From assembly GCA_022843285.1 (NCBI GenBank), contig JALHNY010000001.1, positions 79,128 through 143,127 on the forward strand: a stretch of DNA of 64,000 bases, given 5' to 3'. The notes beneath the pieces were generated by a model, which was not told where the DNA came from, did no database searches, and was given only the letters and a program-made list of their open reading frames with translations. The DNA is from Minisyncoccota bacterium. Lineage in GTDB: Bacteria > Patescibacteriota > Minisyncoccia > UBA6257 > 2-01-FULL-56-20. The position numbers and the translations under genes were made by a program. Of this stretch, positions 18,564 through 28,797 are shown piece after piece; the stretch's first letter is position 1, and every line of letters starts with the position of its first letter.

Positions 18564-19874
18564 ATGCAGTGGAGTTACGCCAAGCGCGCCGCTACCGTTT
18601 TTGGTCTCAGCGCCCTAGCGATTGGAATAGCTGCGTCCCCGCAGTACGTCCCAGCCCTCTTCGGGGCTCTTTCCGGTGCCACGGCCGCCCAGAGCGCGCT
18701 GGCGCAGAGCCTCACCAAGGAGCAGCTCGAGGCCCAGATCAACGATCGCAACAGCAAGCTCCGCGAGGTGCAGCTCAAGCTCGACGCCGCCCGCGGGCGG
18801 CTCAACACGACGAGCGGCCAGCGCAAGACGCTCCAGGGCGAGGTGAACCGCCTGGAGGCGCAGATCGACGAGCTGGAGCTGGGCATCCGAGAGGACGAGC
18901 TCATGGTCGAGCGCCTCGGCTTCGAGATTTCCGCGCTCAACAACGACGTCACGTCGCTGCGCTCCCGCATGAAGGACAAGCAGGGGACCATCGCCGCGCT
19001 CCTCGTGCAGGTGCAGAAGACGGAGGCGCAGTCCCCGCTCATCAAGCTGCTGAGCACCGACACCCTGAGCGACAGCGTGCTCACGGCGCACTCCATTGCC
19101 GCCCTCCAGGACCGCGTGCGGGTCGACCTCGCCGAGCTGCGCGACTTCCAGAACCAGGTGCTCGGCAAAATTGACTCATCGAGCGAGAAGCGCGCCGAGG
19201 CGGAGCAGCGCGCGCTCTCCCTGTCCACGAAGAAGGAGCTCGTCGCGGACCAGCAGGCGAGCCGCGCGCAGGTGCTCGCCCGCACGAAGAGCGAGGAGGC
19301 GGTCTACCAGGCCCAGGTCGCAGCCCTCGCGGCCGAGCAGAAGAAGATTGCCGCCGAGATGGAGGCGCTGGACGCGGCGCTCCGCGCGCAGATCAACAAG
19401 GCGAACCTCCCGACGAGCGGCAAGGGGACGCTCGTGATGCCGGTTGCCGGGCGCATCTCGCAGGGGTACGGCGCGACGAGCTTCGCGCAGACCGGGTACG
19501 CGGGAAAGTGGCACAACGGCATCGACATCGCCGCGCCGCTGGGCACGCCGATTTACGCTGCCGCGGACGGCACCGTGTCGGCAGCGGGCAACCAGGACGC
19601 GTACTGCCCGCGCGGCGCGTACGGGCGGTTCACCGTGATCAGCCACACCAACGGCCTGACGAGCCTGTACGCGCACCAGTCCAAGCAGCTGGTCGCGGCG
19701 GGCAGCACCGTCACCCGCGGGCAGCTGATCGGCTACGTGGGTGCCACCGGCTACGCGACCGGCCCCCACCTGCACTTCACCGTGTACTCCAGCCCGACCT
19801 TCAAGATGGGCGGGAGCCGCGTGTGCGGCCCCATGCCCCAGGGAGGCGACGTGAACCCGTTCAACTACCTCTAG
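18564..19874 (+). CDS. M23 family peptidoglycan endopeptidase with N-terminal coiled-coil (EnvC-like)
   Basis: signal peptide, long coiled coil (LEAQINDRNSKLREVQLKLD...), C-terminal WHNGIDIAAPLGTPIYAAADGTV...HLHF M23 motifs; TATACT 9 nt upstream of ATG 18564. Confidence 0.75.
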   Translation: MQWSYAKRAATVFGLSALAIGIAASPQYVPALFGALSGATAAQSALAQSLTKEQLEAQINDRNSKLREVQLKLDAARGRLNTTSGQRKTLQGEVNRLEAQIDELELGIREDELMVERLGFEISALNNDVTSLRSRMKDKQGTIAALLVQVQKTEAQSPLIKLLSTDTLSDSVLTAHSIAALQDRVRVDLAELRDFQNQVLGKIDSSSEKRAEAEQRALSLSTKKELVADQQASRAQVLARTKSEEAVYQAQVAALAAEQKKIAAEMEALDAALRAQINKANLPTSGKGTLVMPVAGRISQGYGATSFAQTGYAGKWHNGIDIAAPLGTPIYAAADGTVSAAGNQDAYCPRGAYGRFTVISHTNGLTSLYAHQSKQLVAAGSTVTRGQLIGYVGATGYATGPHLHFTVYSSPTFKMGGSRVCGPMPQGGDVNPFNYL

Positions 19875-19875
19875 C

Positions 19876-20043
19876 ATGGAACCCGAAATCGTGGGTACCT
19901 TTCTCTCGGATCTGCGCGAGCAGCTGTCCGGCCTCCTGGGCCTGGCTGAGGATTTCATCGCCCTGATTGACCGTCTGGTGGTGCTCGCAGCTGACGCGAT
20001 CCGGTCGCTCCTGTCTGCACTGGCTGGCATCATCGGAGCGTAA
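19876..20043 (+). CDS. Possible small protein (55 aa), unknown
   Basis: ATG 2 nt after upstream stop; not in ORF track (<60 aa); weak support. Confidence 0.25.
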   Translation: MEPEIVGTFLSDLREQLSGLLGLAEDFIALIDRLVVLAADAIRSLLSALAGIIGA

Positions 20044-20085
20044 GGTTTGGGAAAAGGTGGATAGTGTGTATACTTGGATACGATT

Positions 20086-21276
<1,191 letters not shown>

Positions 21277-21328
21277 GCAAAGAGCTACCCGTTCAGGGTA
21301 GCTCTCGTTTCACGACACAAGTCGGTCC

Positions 21329-21568
21329 TCAACTGACCAGAATAATCCGCTCTGTAAAGGTGCCGCGGGATTCAGCTTTGAGCTTCTTGATCTCCCAGAT
21401 GGCGTCCCAGTTCATGCCGCGGTACTCCAGTATGGCTTCCAGAACCTCCAGGATGTCGGCGATCTCTCCGGTGTTTTCCGAAGACGTAAACTCGTCCGCC
21501 TCCTCGTGGAGCTTCTTCTTGAGCTCTGCCCAGTACTCGTCATCGGTTGCGATGTGAGTGACCGCCAC
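21329..21568 (-). CDS. Small MazG/HisE-like all-alpha NTP pyrophosphohydrolase
   Basis: KKLHEEADEF...GEIADILEVLEAILEYRGMNWDAI matches HisE/MazG EExxE...ELGDLL pattern; located in low-GC island. Confidence 0.5.
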   Translation of the reverse strand: MAVTHIATDDEYWAELKKKLHEEADEFTSSENTGEIADILEVLEAILEYRGMNWDAIWEIKKLKAESRGTFTERIILVS

Positions 21569-21599
21569 AGCGCCGTCTTTGCGAATGATGTCGGGAATC

Positions 21600-22007
21600 T
21601 TATCCCGTACCAGTTTCTACGTTTTCATTTTGAACCTCCAGCGTTTTTTTGAAATCGTGCAATGCCATAAGTCCGCCGAGGATGAAGCAGGGCATTTTTA
21701 GCTTCTTCACCCACAGCCAGGTTCGAAACTGTGCCACCGTAGCCTTACCTCGCGCGTGGCGACGCTCTAGGGTTCTCCACGTCTTACGATACGCGATCAA
21801 GCTCGATCGTAGGTTCTCGAGCGCGACTAGAGACATAAGTAGGTTCAGTGGCCAGATTTCTGGCACGTATCCCGGTAGATCAGACTGTACAAAGTTTAGG
21901 ATGTTCGCCGTGATGACCAGAGACAGGCACAGGCCTGTCACCGGATTCACTATTACTAGCTGCAATCGTTTGAGCACACCAACGTGCACCCGAGTAGTTT
22001 TAAACAT
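21600..22007 (-). CDS. Hypothetical protein (low-GC island)
   Basis: ORF in ~47% GC region ending 32 nt before MazG-like gene; no recognisable motif; competing + strand ORF. Confidence 0.25.
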   Translation of the reverse strand: MFKTTRVHVGVLKRLQLVIVNPVTGLCLSLVITANILNFVQSDLPGYVPEIWPLNLLMSLVALENLRSSLIAYRKTWRTLERRHARGKATVAQFRTWLWVKKLKMPCFILGGLMALHDFKKTLEVQNENVETGTG

Positions 22008-22162
22008 TCAGGTTCTCCCAGATTGAAATTTGATAAGCACTTTGGCTTCACTGATTAGGACTATGCCAATTGGGGCCTTTTAAATCCATAGTCGTGACGC
22101 AAATTGTATATTGTGCGACATGCAAGGAGAAACAAGGTGTGGGGCTTGAAAACCCCACCGCT

Positions 22163-22633
22163 TCAGCCGATTACGTCCGGCCAGTCGTCCTCCCCTCGCT
22201 CGTCAGTCTCCTCGATCAGCTCTGCGGGCATTGCGCCGAGGAAAGCTTCGCCCTCGCCGATGCGGTTCCAGGTGTGCTCGATGAGCACGTTGACTGCTCC
22301 GATAATTGTGTCCGGGAAGTCACCGCTGCCGGCGCTGTCATACTCAAGCACCAGGTGCCTCTCGCCCACGCAGACCGCGATCACGCCGTCGGTGAGCAGC
22401 AGGTTCGCCACGAAAGACTGCAGCTCGAGCGGCAAGCTCAGGATGGATCCCCCGAACTCATCGACGCGCAGGCTCACCGTTGAACCCTCGCTTCCCTCTT
22501 CGGGCTCGAAGCCCTCGCTGAGTTTGAACATTGCCGGCTCATCCGTGATGAGGCAGGCAAACTGCAGCACGGGCGCAATCGCTCCCGAGGGTTCTAGCTC
22601 CCAGGTCGGCGCTACCGCCATTCCTAACTCCAT
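22163..22633 (-). CDS. Acidic hypothetical protein (pI very low; immunity-protein-like composition)
   Basis: good RBS aggagaagaaaaaaATG; Asp/Glu-rich; no known motif. Confidence 0.45.
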   Translation of the reverse strand: MELGMAVAPTWELEPSGAIAPVLQFACLITDEPAMFKLSEGFEPEEGSEGSTVSLRVDEFGGSILSLPLELQSFVANLLLTDGVIAVCVGERHLVLEYDSAGSGDFPDTIIGAVNVLIEHTWNRIGEGEAFLGAMPAELIEETDERGEDDWPDVIG

Positions 22634-22790
22634 TTTTTTCTTCTCCTATTCTGGCATTAAGTTTCCGCCACCAGGCTACCCTCCCCTCCCGGGCGTGACA
22701 AGCTAGCCCACTGGTGGTCTGACTGGACTCCCAAAGTGCGCAAAAGCGCGGACGCACCCTCAGGTGAATCCGCGCTTCGAGTTGTACCGC

Positions 22791-23342
22791 CTACTGGGCG
22801 ATGGCCACCTGCTCGATGACCTTCTCCTCGAGAGGAGGCAGGCCGACACCCTTCCTGAGCACCGTGTAGCCCCAGTGACGCCAGTTGCTGTTCTTCTCCA
22901 GAATCATGTGCTTAGCAACTTTCTTCTGAAGCGAGCAGCTGTACAGGAGCTCCTCCCATGAGGTTACCGTCGTGGCGTCTACCAGACCGTAGCGGGTCGA
23001 GTACGCCTTGAAGGTAGCCATCTGGAACTGGAGGCAGCCGTAGCTGTAGCGCCCATTCACGTCGAGGACCTTGATCCTCTCGCGGTTGTTGGACTCCTTT
23101 TCGGCGAGGTGGTCGAGCCACGCATCCAGGTTCGTGTAAACCAGGGTCGTGCTCGCAGTCGTCGAAGCGGTGTTCGGGATGGTTCCCATTACCGTGCTCG
23201 AAGTGGTCGAGCTGGTAGCGGGCTTAGCAGTTGAGCCGTATGTAGCCGTCGCGGTTATTGCATTCAGGTTGGTGGTGAGTAAACCGCTCACCACCGCCCC
23301 TACTGCCGCACTCACGACAACGTTTTTGAGGTTGATACCCAT
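22791..23342 (-). CDS. Secreted lysozyme-like / transglycosylase-like protein with Ser/Thr-rich linker
   Basis: signal peptide; S/T-rich low-complexity linker; C-terminal ESNNRERIKVLDVNGRYSYGCLQFQMATF resembles CESGGN...GLFQF of Rpf/SLT-like domains. Confidence 0.45.
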   Translation of the reverse strand: MGINLKNVVVSAAVGAVVSGLLTTNLNAITATATYGSTAKPATSSTTSSTVMGTIPNTASTTASTTLVYTNLDAWLDHLAEKESNNRERIKVLDVNGRYSYGCLQFQMATFKAYSTRYGLVDATTVTSWEELLYSCSLQKKVAKHMILEKNSNWRHWGYTVLRKGVGLPPLEEKVIEQVAIAQ

Positions 23343-23601
23343 TCAGCGGCAAAGTTGGCAATATCGAGATCTGTCGTTCGCTCCAACTTGCCTGAAACTG
23401 TGCCCCTCTTTCATTAGGCGCAGACTCAGACAAACCACGTGCTCTTGGGAACAAAAAACCTGCGCGCGGCAGATTTAACTGCCCGCAGTATACACCCGGC
23501 GGGGGCCCCCGGTCAAGCCCCTTTGTGGCAACAACTCGTGAAAAAGCTTGGAAATGCTAGCCCTTTTCGGCTATTTCGTGGTACTATCCACAGGCACTTT
23601 C

Positions 23602-24369
23602 ATGGGCAAATCCTTCTCCCCCACCCCCGATCAGTTCCGCCAGGAAAACGGGTACGAAATTGACGGCGTCTGGTACCCCCGGGTGACGTCCATTGTCGGC
23701 ATCAAGGCGAAGCCGGCGCTCTACCGCTTCTACGGAGAGCAGCCGAGCTTCTACGCCGGCCAGCAGGTCACCGAACGTTCGGCAGAAGAGGGCACGCGCA
23801 TTCACGAGGCGGCGCAGGCAATCCTGCTCGGAGAAGAGCCGGAGGTGCCCAACGACATCGCCCCCGCGATTCAGGCGTTCCGCAAGTTCATCGAGCGGCA
23901 GCCCATCACCACGGAGGCAGCCCACATCGAGCGGCGCATCCACCACCCCGAGATGCGCTACGCCGGGACCATCGACATTCTCGGCACCATGAAGGGCCGC
24001 GTGGGCGTCATCGACATCAAGACGTCCCAGGCCATCTACCGGGACTACAACCTCCAGACCTCCGCGTACATGGAGGCGCTGCTCCCCGACTTCCCCGATC
24101 TCTCGACGCGCTGGATCCTCCGCCTGGACCAGCTCCAGTTCTGCCAGGACTGCAACTCGAGCCGCCGCGTGAAGGGCGGGCGCGAGAAGATTAAGAAGGA
24201 CTACACATCGAAGGTGAAATCCTGCGGCATCCACATCTGGGGTCCGGTCACGGGCATCGCCCAGATCAAGGAGTTCCCAGACTGGAAGGACGACTACGCC
24301 GGCTTCCTGGCTGCCAAGCGCCTCTGGGAGTGGGAGAACGCGGAGCTGCTCGAGAGCATCGGCTACTGA
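23602..24369 (+). CDS. PD-(D/E)XK superfamily nuclease (YqaJ/Cas4-like fold)
   Basis: RIHE...GTIDIL...GVIDIKT...QTSAYM (D, (D/E)xK, QxxxY motifs); ORF-track start 23548 probably upstream extension. Confidence 0.6.
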   Translation: MGKSFSPTPDQFRQENGYEIDGVWYPRVTSIVGIKAKPALYRFYGEQPSFYAGQQVTERSAEEGTRIHEAAQAILLGEEPEVPNDIAPAIQAFRKFIERQPITTEAAHIERRIHHPEMRYAGTIDILGTMKGRVGVIDIKTSQAIYRDYNLQTSAYMEALLPDFPDLSTRWILRLDQLQFCQDCNSSRRVKGGREKIKKDYTSKVKSCGIHIWGPVTGIAQIKEFPDWKDDYAGFLAAKRLWEWENAELLESIGY

Positions 24370-24505
24370 CGCTCCCCGCAGGCCTCAAAAACGAGCTTCG
24401 GCACTCCCCTCACCCCGGCGGCGTACCCAACGGCAGAGGCGCAGAAGGTTGCCAGGGCAAAGAGGGCTGCCAGGTAGTAGATGCTCAAGCGAAACCGGGG
24501 CCTAA

Positions 24506-24533
24506 TTGACACTCCGCCAGCCTACAGTACAAT
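24506..24533 (+). promoter_or_regulatory. Canonical sigma70 promoter TTGACA-N16-TACAAT upstream of rpmA with hairpin-containing ~55-nt leader
   Basis: aaTTGACActccgccagcctacagTACAATtgcc; leader hairpin GGGGCgttaaGCCCC. Confidence 0.45.
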
Positions 24534-24588
24534 TGCCAGGCACTACTGAGCGGGGCGTTAAGCCCCCTCGCACCACTTTTCTACTGCT

Positions 24589-24867
24589 ATGGCACATACA
24601 ATGTCAGGTGGATCAACCCGCAACGGGCGTGATTCACGTGCCAAGAGCCTCGGCGTGAAGATGCACGACGGCGCCATTGCTGCACCCGGCATGATCATCA
24701 TCCGCCAGCGCGGCCTGAAGTACCTCCCGGGTGAGGGCGTCCGCCGCGGCGACGATGACACGCTGTACGCGATCACCGAGGGCGTCGTGCGCTACGGCAC
24801 CGCACGCAAGAAGAAGTTCGATGGCAACACCCGCGTCGCCACTATTGTGGCTGTACGCGCGCAGTAA
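24589..24867 (+). CDS. rpmA: 50S ribosomal protein L27
   Basis: [24 protein letters not shown]...IIIRQRG matches L27 N-terminus. Confidence 0.85.
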   Translation: MAHTMSGGSTRNGRDSRAKSLGVKMHDGAIAAPGMIIIRQRGLKYLPGEGVRRGDDDTLYAITEGVVRYGTARKKKFDGNTRVATIVAVRAQ

Positions 24868-25285
24868 GCTTCGCCCTCACCCCCTCTTTCCAGGAGACCA
24901 CCACCGCGTGGTCTCCTGTCGTTTTCAGCGGCTGCTTCGGTTCGAGCACGGCGTCCGGGCTCATGCCGTACTCGTCCGCAACCTGGCGGAGAATCTCGTC
25001 TGCCTTCACCGATCCGAAGGTGGTCCCGCTCGCGTCCGTGCGCAAAAAGAACGTGAGGGTCGCCCCGCTCACCTTCTCAGCAATCGCCCTGACCTTCTCG
25101 ATGCGCGCCGCGGCATTGGCGGCTACCTGGTTCGCGTGAGACTGGTGCCCCGAGAGCGTGCCGCCCGTTGCCGGCACGGCTAGCTTGCGCGCGATGAGAA
25201 AGTTGCGCGCGTAGCCCTCCGCCACCTCCTTGATTTCGCCACGCCTGCCGACGCCGCGAACGTCAGCTACGAGCAGCACCTTCAT
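24842..25285 (-). CDS. rplI: 50S ribosomal protein L9
   Basis: [31 protein letters not shown] matches L9 N-domain; 3' end overlaps rpmA 3' end by 26 nt (convergent). Confidence 0.8.
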   Translation of the reverse strand: MKVLLVADVRGVGRRGEIKEVAEGYARNFLIARKLAVPATGGTLSGHQSHANQVAANAAARIEKVRAIAEKVSGATLTFFLRTDASGTTFGSVKADEILRQVADEYGMSPDAVLEPKQPLKTTGDHAVVVSWKEGVRAKLTARVQPQ

Positions 25286-25287
25286 GG

Positions 25288-26496
25288 CTAGCGGGAGAAC
25301 TGCTGCCGCGCGACCTCGAGCGCCCTCTGGAGCTGGACGTCCGTCTTCGGGTCATCGTCTTCCTCCACGGCTTCATCCGGCGCGAGGCCGACGTTGTTGA
25401 TCTGCTTGCCGTTGGGCGTGAGCCACTCGGCGACGGTCACCTTGATGGAGGCGCCGTTGCCACCCGGGAGGTCGCGCACCTCCTGCACGGTCCCCTTCCC
25501 GAACGTGGTTTGCCCCACGAGCGGCGCGCGGCGAATGTCGCGCAGGGCCCCCGCTAGGATCTCCGACGCCGATGCGGACCCCGCGTTCACGAGCACCACG
25601 ACGGGCACGTTCTCGAGTGTGCTCGGGCCGCGGGCCGTGAAGTTCAGCACCTCGCCGGAGCGCTCTGCTTCTTTGACCACGACCGCATCACGCGGCACGA
25701 ACCAGCCGGCGATGTCGACGGCCACCTCGAGGAAACCTCCCGGGTTGTTGCGCAGGTCCAGCACGATTGCCTGCGTGTCACTGGGGAGCTCGCGCACCGC
25801 TTCCGCGAACTTTGCGCCGGCGTCCGCGGTGAACTCGTAGAGCTGGATGTGGGCGACCTTCCCCTCCATGGAAACCTCGATGGCGGGGATCTCGATGCGC
25901 TGGCGCACCAGCTCAACCTTGCGCGGCTGCTCGTCCTTCTCGCCCATGACGGTGAGGGTCACCTTTGTCCCCTCCTTGCCCCTGATCTTACTGACCGCCT
26001 CGGTTATGGTGATCATGTCCGTTGAGGCTCCGTCAATTTCCAAGATGAACTCTCCCGCTTTGATGCCCGCGCGCTCTGCGGGCGTGTTCTTGAGCGGCGC
26101 GATGACGACGAGGCTCGCCTCGCGGAAGCCGAGCTCTATGCCCACGCCGCCGAATGCGCCCTGCACGGACTCAGAGAACCTCTGGTTCTCCTCGGGCGTG
26201 AAGAATTCGGAGTGCGGGTCACCCAGTGACTGCACGAGGCCGCGGATGGCGCCGTACACGCGGTTCTGCGTGGAGTCCTCCTCGGCCCTGTAGTGGGCAG
26301 CGTCGATGAGCCGCCACGCTTTCCAGAAGAGGCTGAAGTCTCCGGCATCAATGTCCGATGGGACCGTCGCGTTCGCGACGTTGCTCGCGGGCGCCCCGTC
26401 CGCGCTCCTCGCGCCGAAGGCGTAGCCGCCAAAGAAGCCCGCGCTAGCCACTATGACTGCGACGAGCAGTCCCCCGATGAGCTTCTTTCTATCCAT
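25288..26496 (-). CDS. ctp: Carboxyl-terminal processing protease (S41, Ctp/Prc-like) with PDZ domain
   Basis: N-terminal TM, PDZ ([13 protein letters not shown]), S41 catalytic region ([11 protein letters not shown]..., TFGKG). Confidence 0.85.
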   Translation of the reverse strand: MDRKKLIGGLLVAVIVASAGFFGGYAFGARSADGAPASNVANATVPSDIDAGDFSLFWKAWRLIDAAHYRAEEDSTQNRVYGAIRGLVQSLGDPHSEFFTPEENQRFSESVQGAFGGVGIELGFREASLVVIAPLKNTPAERAGIKAGEFILEIDGASTDMITITEAVSKIRGKEGTKVTLTVMGEKDEQPRKVELVRQRIEIPAIEVSMEGKVAHIQLYEFTADAGAKFAEAVRELPSDTQAIVLDLRNNPGGFLEVAVDIAGWFVPRDAVVVKEAERSGEVLNFTARGPSTLENVPVVVLVNAGSASASEILAGALRDIRRAPLVGQTTFGKGTVQEVRDLPGGNGASIKVTVAEWLTPNGKQINNVGLAPDEAVEEDDDPKTDVQLQRALEVARQQFSR

Positions 26497-26548
26497 GGTA
26501 CGTGGCGCAAGCCTAGCAGAATTGGGGCCCGTTCGCTAGGATACGGGC

Positions 26549-26851
26549 GTGCTAGACCGCGAGCGCTACCTGTCCGAGCTCGCCGCCAGGCGACGGAAAA
26601 GCCGCGCCTACACCCGGCACCAGCTCATGGGACTCCTGATCGCGGAAGTGCTCGGAGACCGCGCGCACAAGTCGCTGTACATCAAGATGGCCAAAGAGGG
26701 AAACCCGGATTTTCTCATGAGCCTCGCCAAGGACGTCGCGGACCGTCCGGGCATAGACAACCGCGGCGCGTACTTCATGGCTGCCGCCCACGAGCGAGGC
26801 CTCATCCCCTTCACCGACCCAGACCATGCAACCGATCTACCAGCTAGCTGA
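26549..26851 (+). CDS. Hypothetical protein (100 aa)
   Basis: GTG start 6 nt after TAGGAT box; 3' end overlaps def start. Confidence 0.4.
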   Translation: MLDRERYLSELAARRRKSRAYTRHQLMGLLIAEVLGDRAHKSLYIKMAKEGNPDFLMSLAKDVADRPGIDNRGAYFMAAAHERGLIPFTDPDHATDLPAS

Positions 26852-27317
26852 TCCCGCGCAGGGCAAGGTGCTCCGCACGCCCCCGCAGCCCTACGCGTTC
26901 GGGGACCACACCCCCGCCGAGACCCGCGCGCTCGTGGACCGCATGAAGCGCGCCATGCACGCGGCGCAGGGCATCGGCCTCTCCGCCAACCAGATTGGCC
27001 TGCCGTGGCAGGTGTTCGTCGGGCAGATTGCCTCCGCGCAGGGCAAGCCGAAGTTCTACGCCGTCTTCAACCCCAAGGTCACCTGGAAGAGCGACGACGT
27101 GAGCCCGTTCGAGGAGGGGTGCCTCAGCATCCCCGGCGTGTACGGCATGGTGGAGCGCAGCGAGAAGATCGTCCTCGAGGGCCAGGACAAGAACGGGAAG
27201 CCGCTGAAGATTAAAGCATGGGGGCTCCTCGCCCGCATGTTCCAGCACGAGGTGGACCACCTCTCCGGCGTCGTGTTCACCGACAAGGCAAAAAACGTGC
27301 GACCCATCATCGAGTGA
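26826..27317 (+). CDS. def: Peptide deformylase
   Basis: GIGLSANQIG, EGCLSIPG, QHEVDHLSG motifs. Confidence 0.85.
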   Translation: MQPIYQLADPAQGKVLRTPPQPYAFGDHTPAETRALVDRMKRAMHAAQGIGLSANQIGLPWQVFVGQIASAQGKPKFYAVFNPKVTWKSDDVSPFEEGCLSIPGVYGMVERSEKIVLEGQDKNGKPLKIKAWGLLARMFQHEVDHLSGVVFTDKAKNVRPIIE

Positions 27318-28159
27318 AGTACGTCCTCTTTGCCACGCCGCGCTTCGGGGAGCTCGTGCTCCGCGGGCTGGCTGCGCGCGGCCTGCCTCCCGCTCTGGTC
27401 GTGACCAACCCGGACCGCCCGGCTGGGCGCAACCAGGTCATGACCTCGCCGCCGGCTAAAATCGCGGCTGATGAGCTGGGCATCCCGACCCTGCAGCCGG
27501 AGCTGCTCTCCGGCGCCCTCGACGCGCTGCGGGCTGCCGAGGCGGACGTGTTTCTCGTCGCCGCGTACGGGAAGATCCTGAAGCCGGACCTCCTCGCGAT
27601 TCCACCCCGGGGCGTGATCGGCGTGCACCCGTCCCTCCTCCCCCGCCACCGCGGCCCCTCGCCGATGCAGCAGGCCATCCTGGATGGCGACACTGAGACC
27701 GGCGTCACGCTGTTCCTCGTCGACGAGGAGGTAGACCACGGACCGGTCATTGCGCTGGAGCGCGCTCCGCTGGGTTCCGCGGAGACGTACCTCGACCTCG
27801 AGGCTCGCCTGGCAGACCTAGGCGCTGGCCTGGCCTCCCGCACGCTCCCCTCCTGGGTTGCCGGAGAGATCGTTGCCGCCGAGCAGGAGCACCCGGCTGC
27901 GACGTTCACGCGCAAGTTCTCGAGCGAGGACGCGCACGTGAGCTGGGACGAGCTCGTCGAGGCACAGTCTGATCCCGGCGTGGCGGAGCGCGTCGCGCGC
28001 GTGGTGCGCGGCCTCAACCCCGAGCCCGGCGCGTGGACCGAGCGTGCCGGCGTGCGCGTGAAGCTCCTCTCCGCTGAGGTCGCGGGTGGCAGGCTCGCCG
28101 TCACGGAGCACCAGGTGGCGGGCAAGAAGCCGAGCCGGGAACCTTTTCCGATTCTCTGA
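27314..28159 (+). CDS. fmt: Methionyl-tRNA formyltransferase
   Basis: GTG start overlapping def stop (GTGA); formyltransferase N-domain (FLVAAYGKILK, HPSLLPRHRG) and C-terminal domain. Confidence 0.8.
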   Translation: MKYVLFATPRFGELVLRGLAARGLPPALVVTNPDRPAGRNQVMTSPPAKIAADELGIPTLQPELLSGALDALRAAEADVFLVAAYGKILKPDLLAIPPRGVIGVHPSLLPRHRGPSPMQQAILDGDTETGVTLFLVDEEVDHGPVIALERAPLGSAETYLDLEARLADLGAGLASRTLPSWVAGEIVAAEQEHPAATFTRKFSSEDAHVSWDELVEAQSDPGVAERVARVVRGLNPEPGAWTERAGVRVKLLSAEVAGGRLAVTEHQVAGKKPSREPFPIL

Positions 28160-28213
28160 ACGCAAAAAGGGCCCCCGCGAGGAGGCCCCAGTTTTGAACA
28201 ATGCGACGGCGCG

Positions 28214-28729
28214 TCAGCCGAGGAACGTGATTCCCGACCGCGGCAGGTAGCCCTTTGAGACGATGACTATCGCCCCGTTGCGAACGAGTCCCGAAGAAAC
28301 CGTGCGGCTCTCCATCGTGCGCTCCCGGAAGTCGAAGGTGACCTCCTGGTAGCTCGAGTTGCTGCCCTGGTCGGGCACGGTGACGACGAATTTGGTCTGG
28401 CGTTTCTTGCCAGTCCGCTCTCGCAGCCAAGCCTTCAAGCTCTTGGAACACGCTTCGGACTTCATGCACCCCGTGAACATTTCTCCGAACCTCGCCGCGG
28501 ATAACGCGCGCGACTGGTCCGTGAGCCTGCCAACGGGGAGCTCTCCATCCGGGCTCGAAACTTGGACGACCTCGAAATCTCCGAGGTTCGCCTTCATTCT
28601 CGCGGGTTGAGCTGGCACGTCTCGCCAGCTCCTGGTGCTCGTGCTCTCGTGCAACTGCCCGAGACGCTCTTCGCGTTGCTCATTCATGGAAACCAGCGAC
28701 GTGCCGGCTCCAGAGTCGTAACTAGACAT
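28214..28729 (-). CDS. Hypothetical protein in AT-richer segment downstream of helicase-nuclease
   Basis: RBS ggagagaaaataaATG; ~52% GC; no motif recognised. Confidence 0.45.
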   Translation of the reverse strand: MSSYDSGAGTSLVSMNEQREERLGQLHESTSTRSWRDVPAQPARMKANLGDFEVVQVSSPDGELPVGRLTDQSRALSAARFGEMFTGCMKSEACSKSLKAWLRERTGKKRQTKFVVTVPDQGSNSSYQEVTFDFRERTMESRTVSSGLVRNGAIVIVSKGYLPRSGITFLG

Positions 28730-28797
28730 TTATTTTCTCTCCAAATTTTTAAGATGCGTTCCAGCAGGAAGTGCTGAGACCAACGTATTAAACGCTT

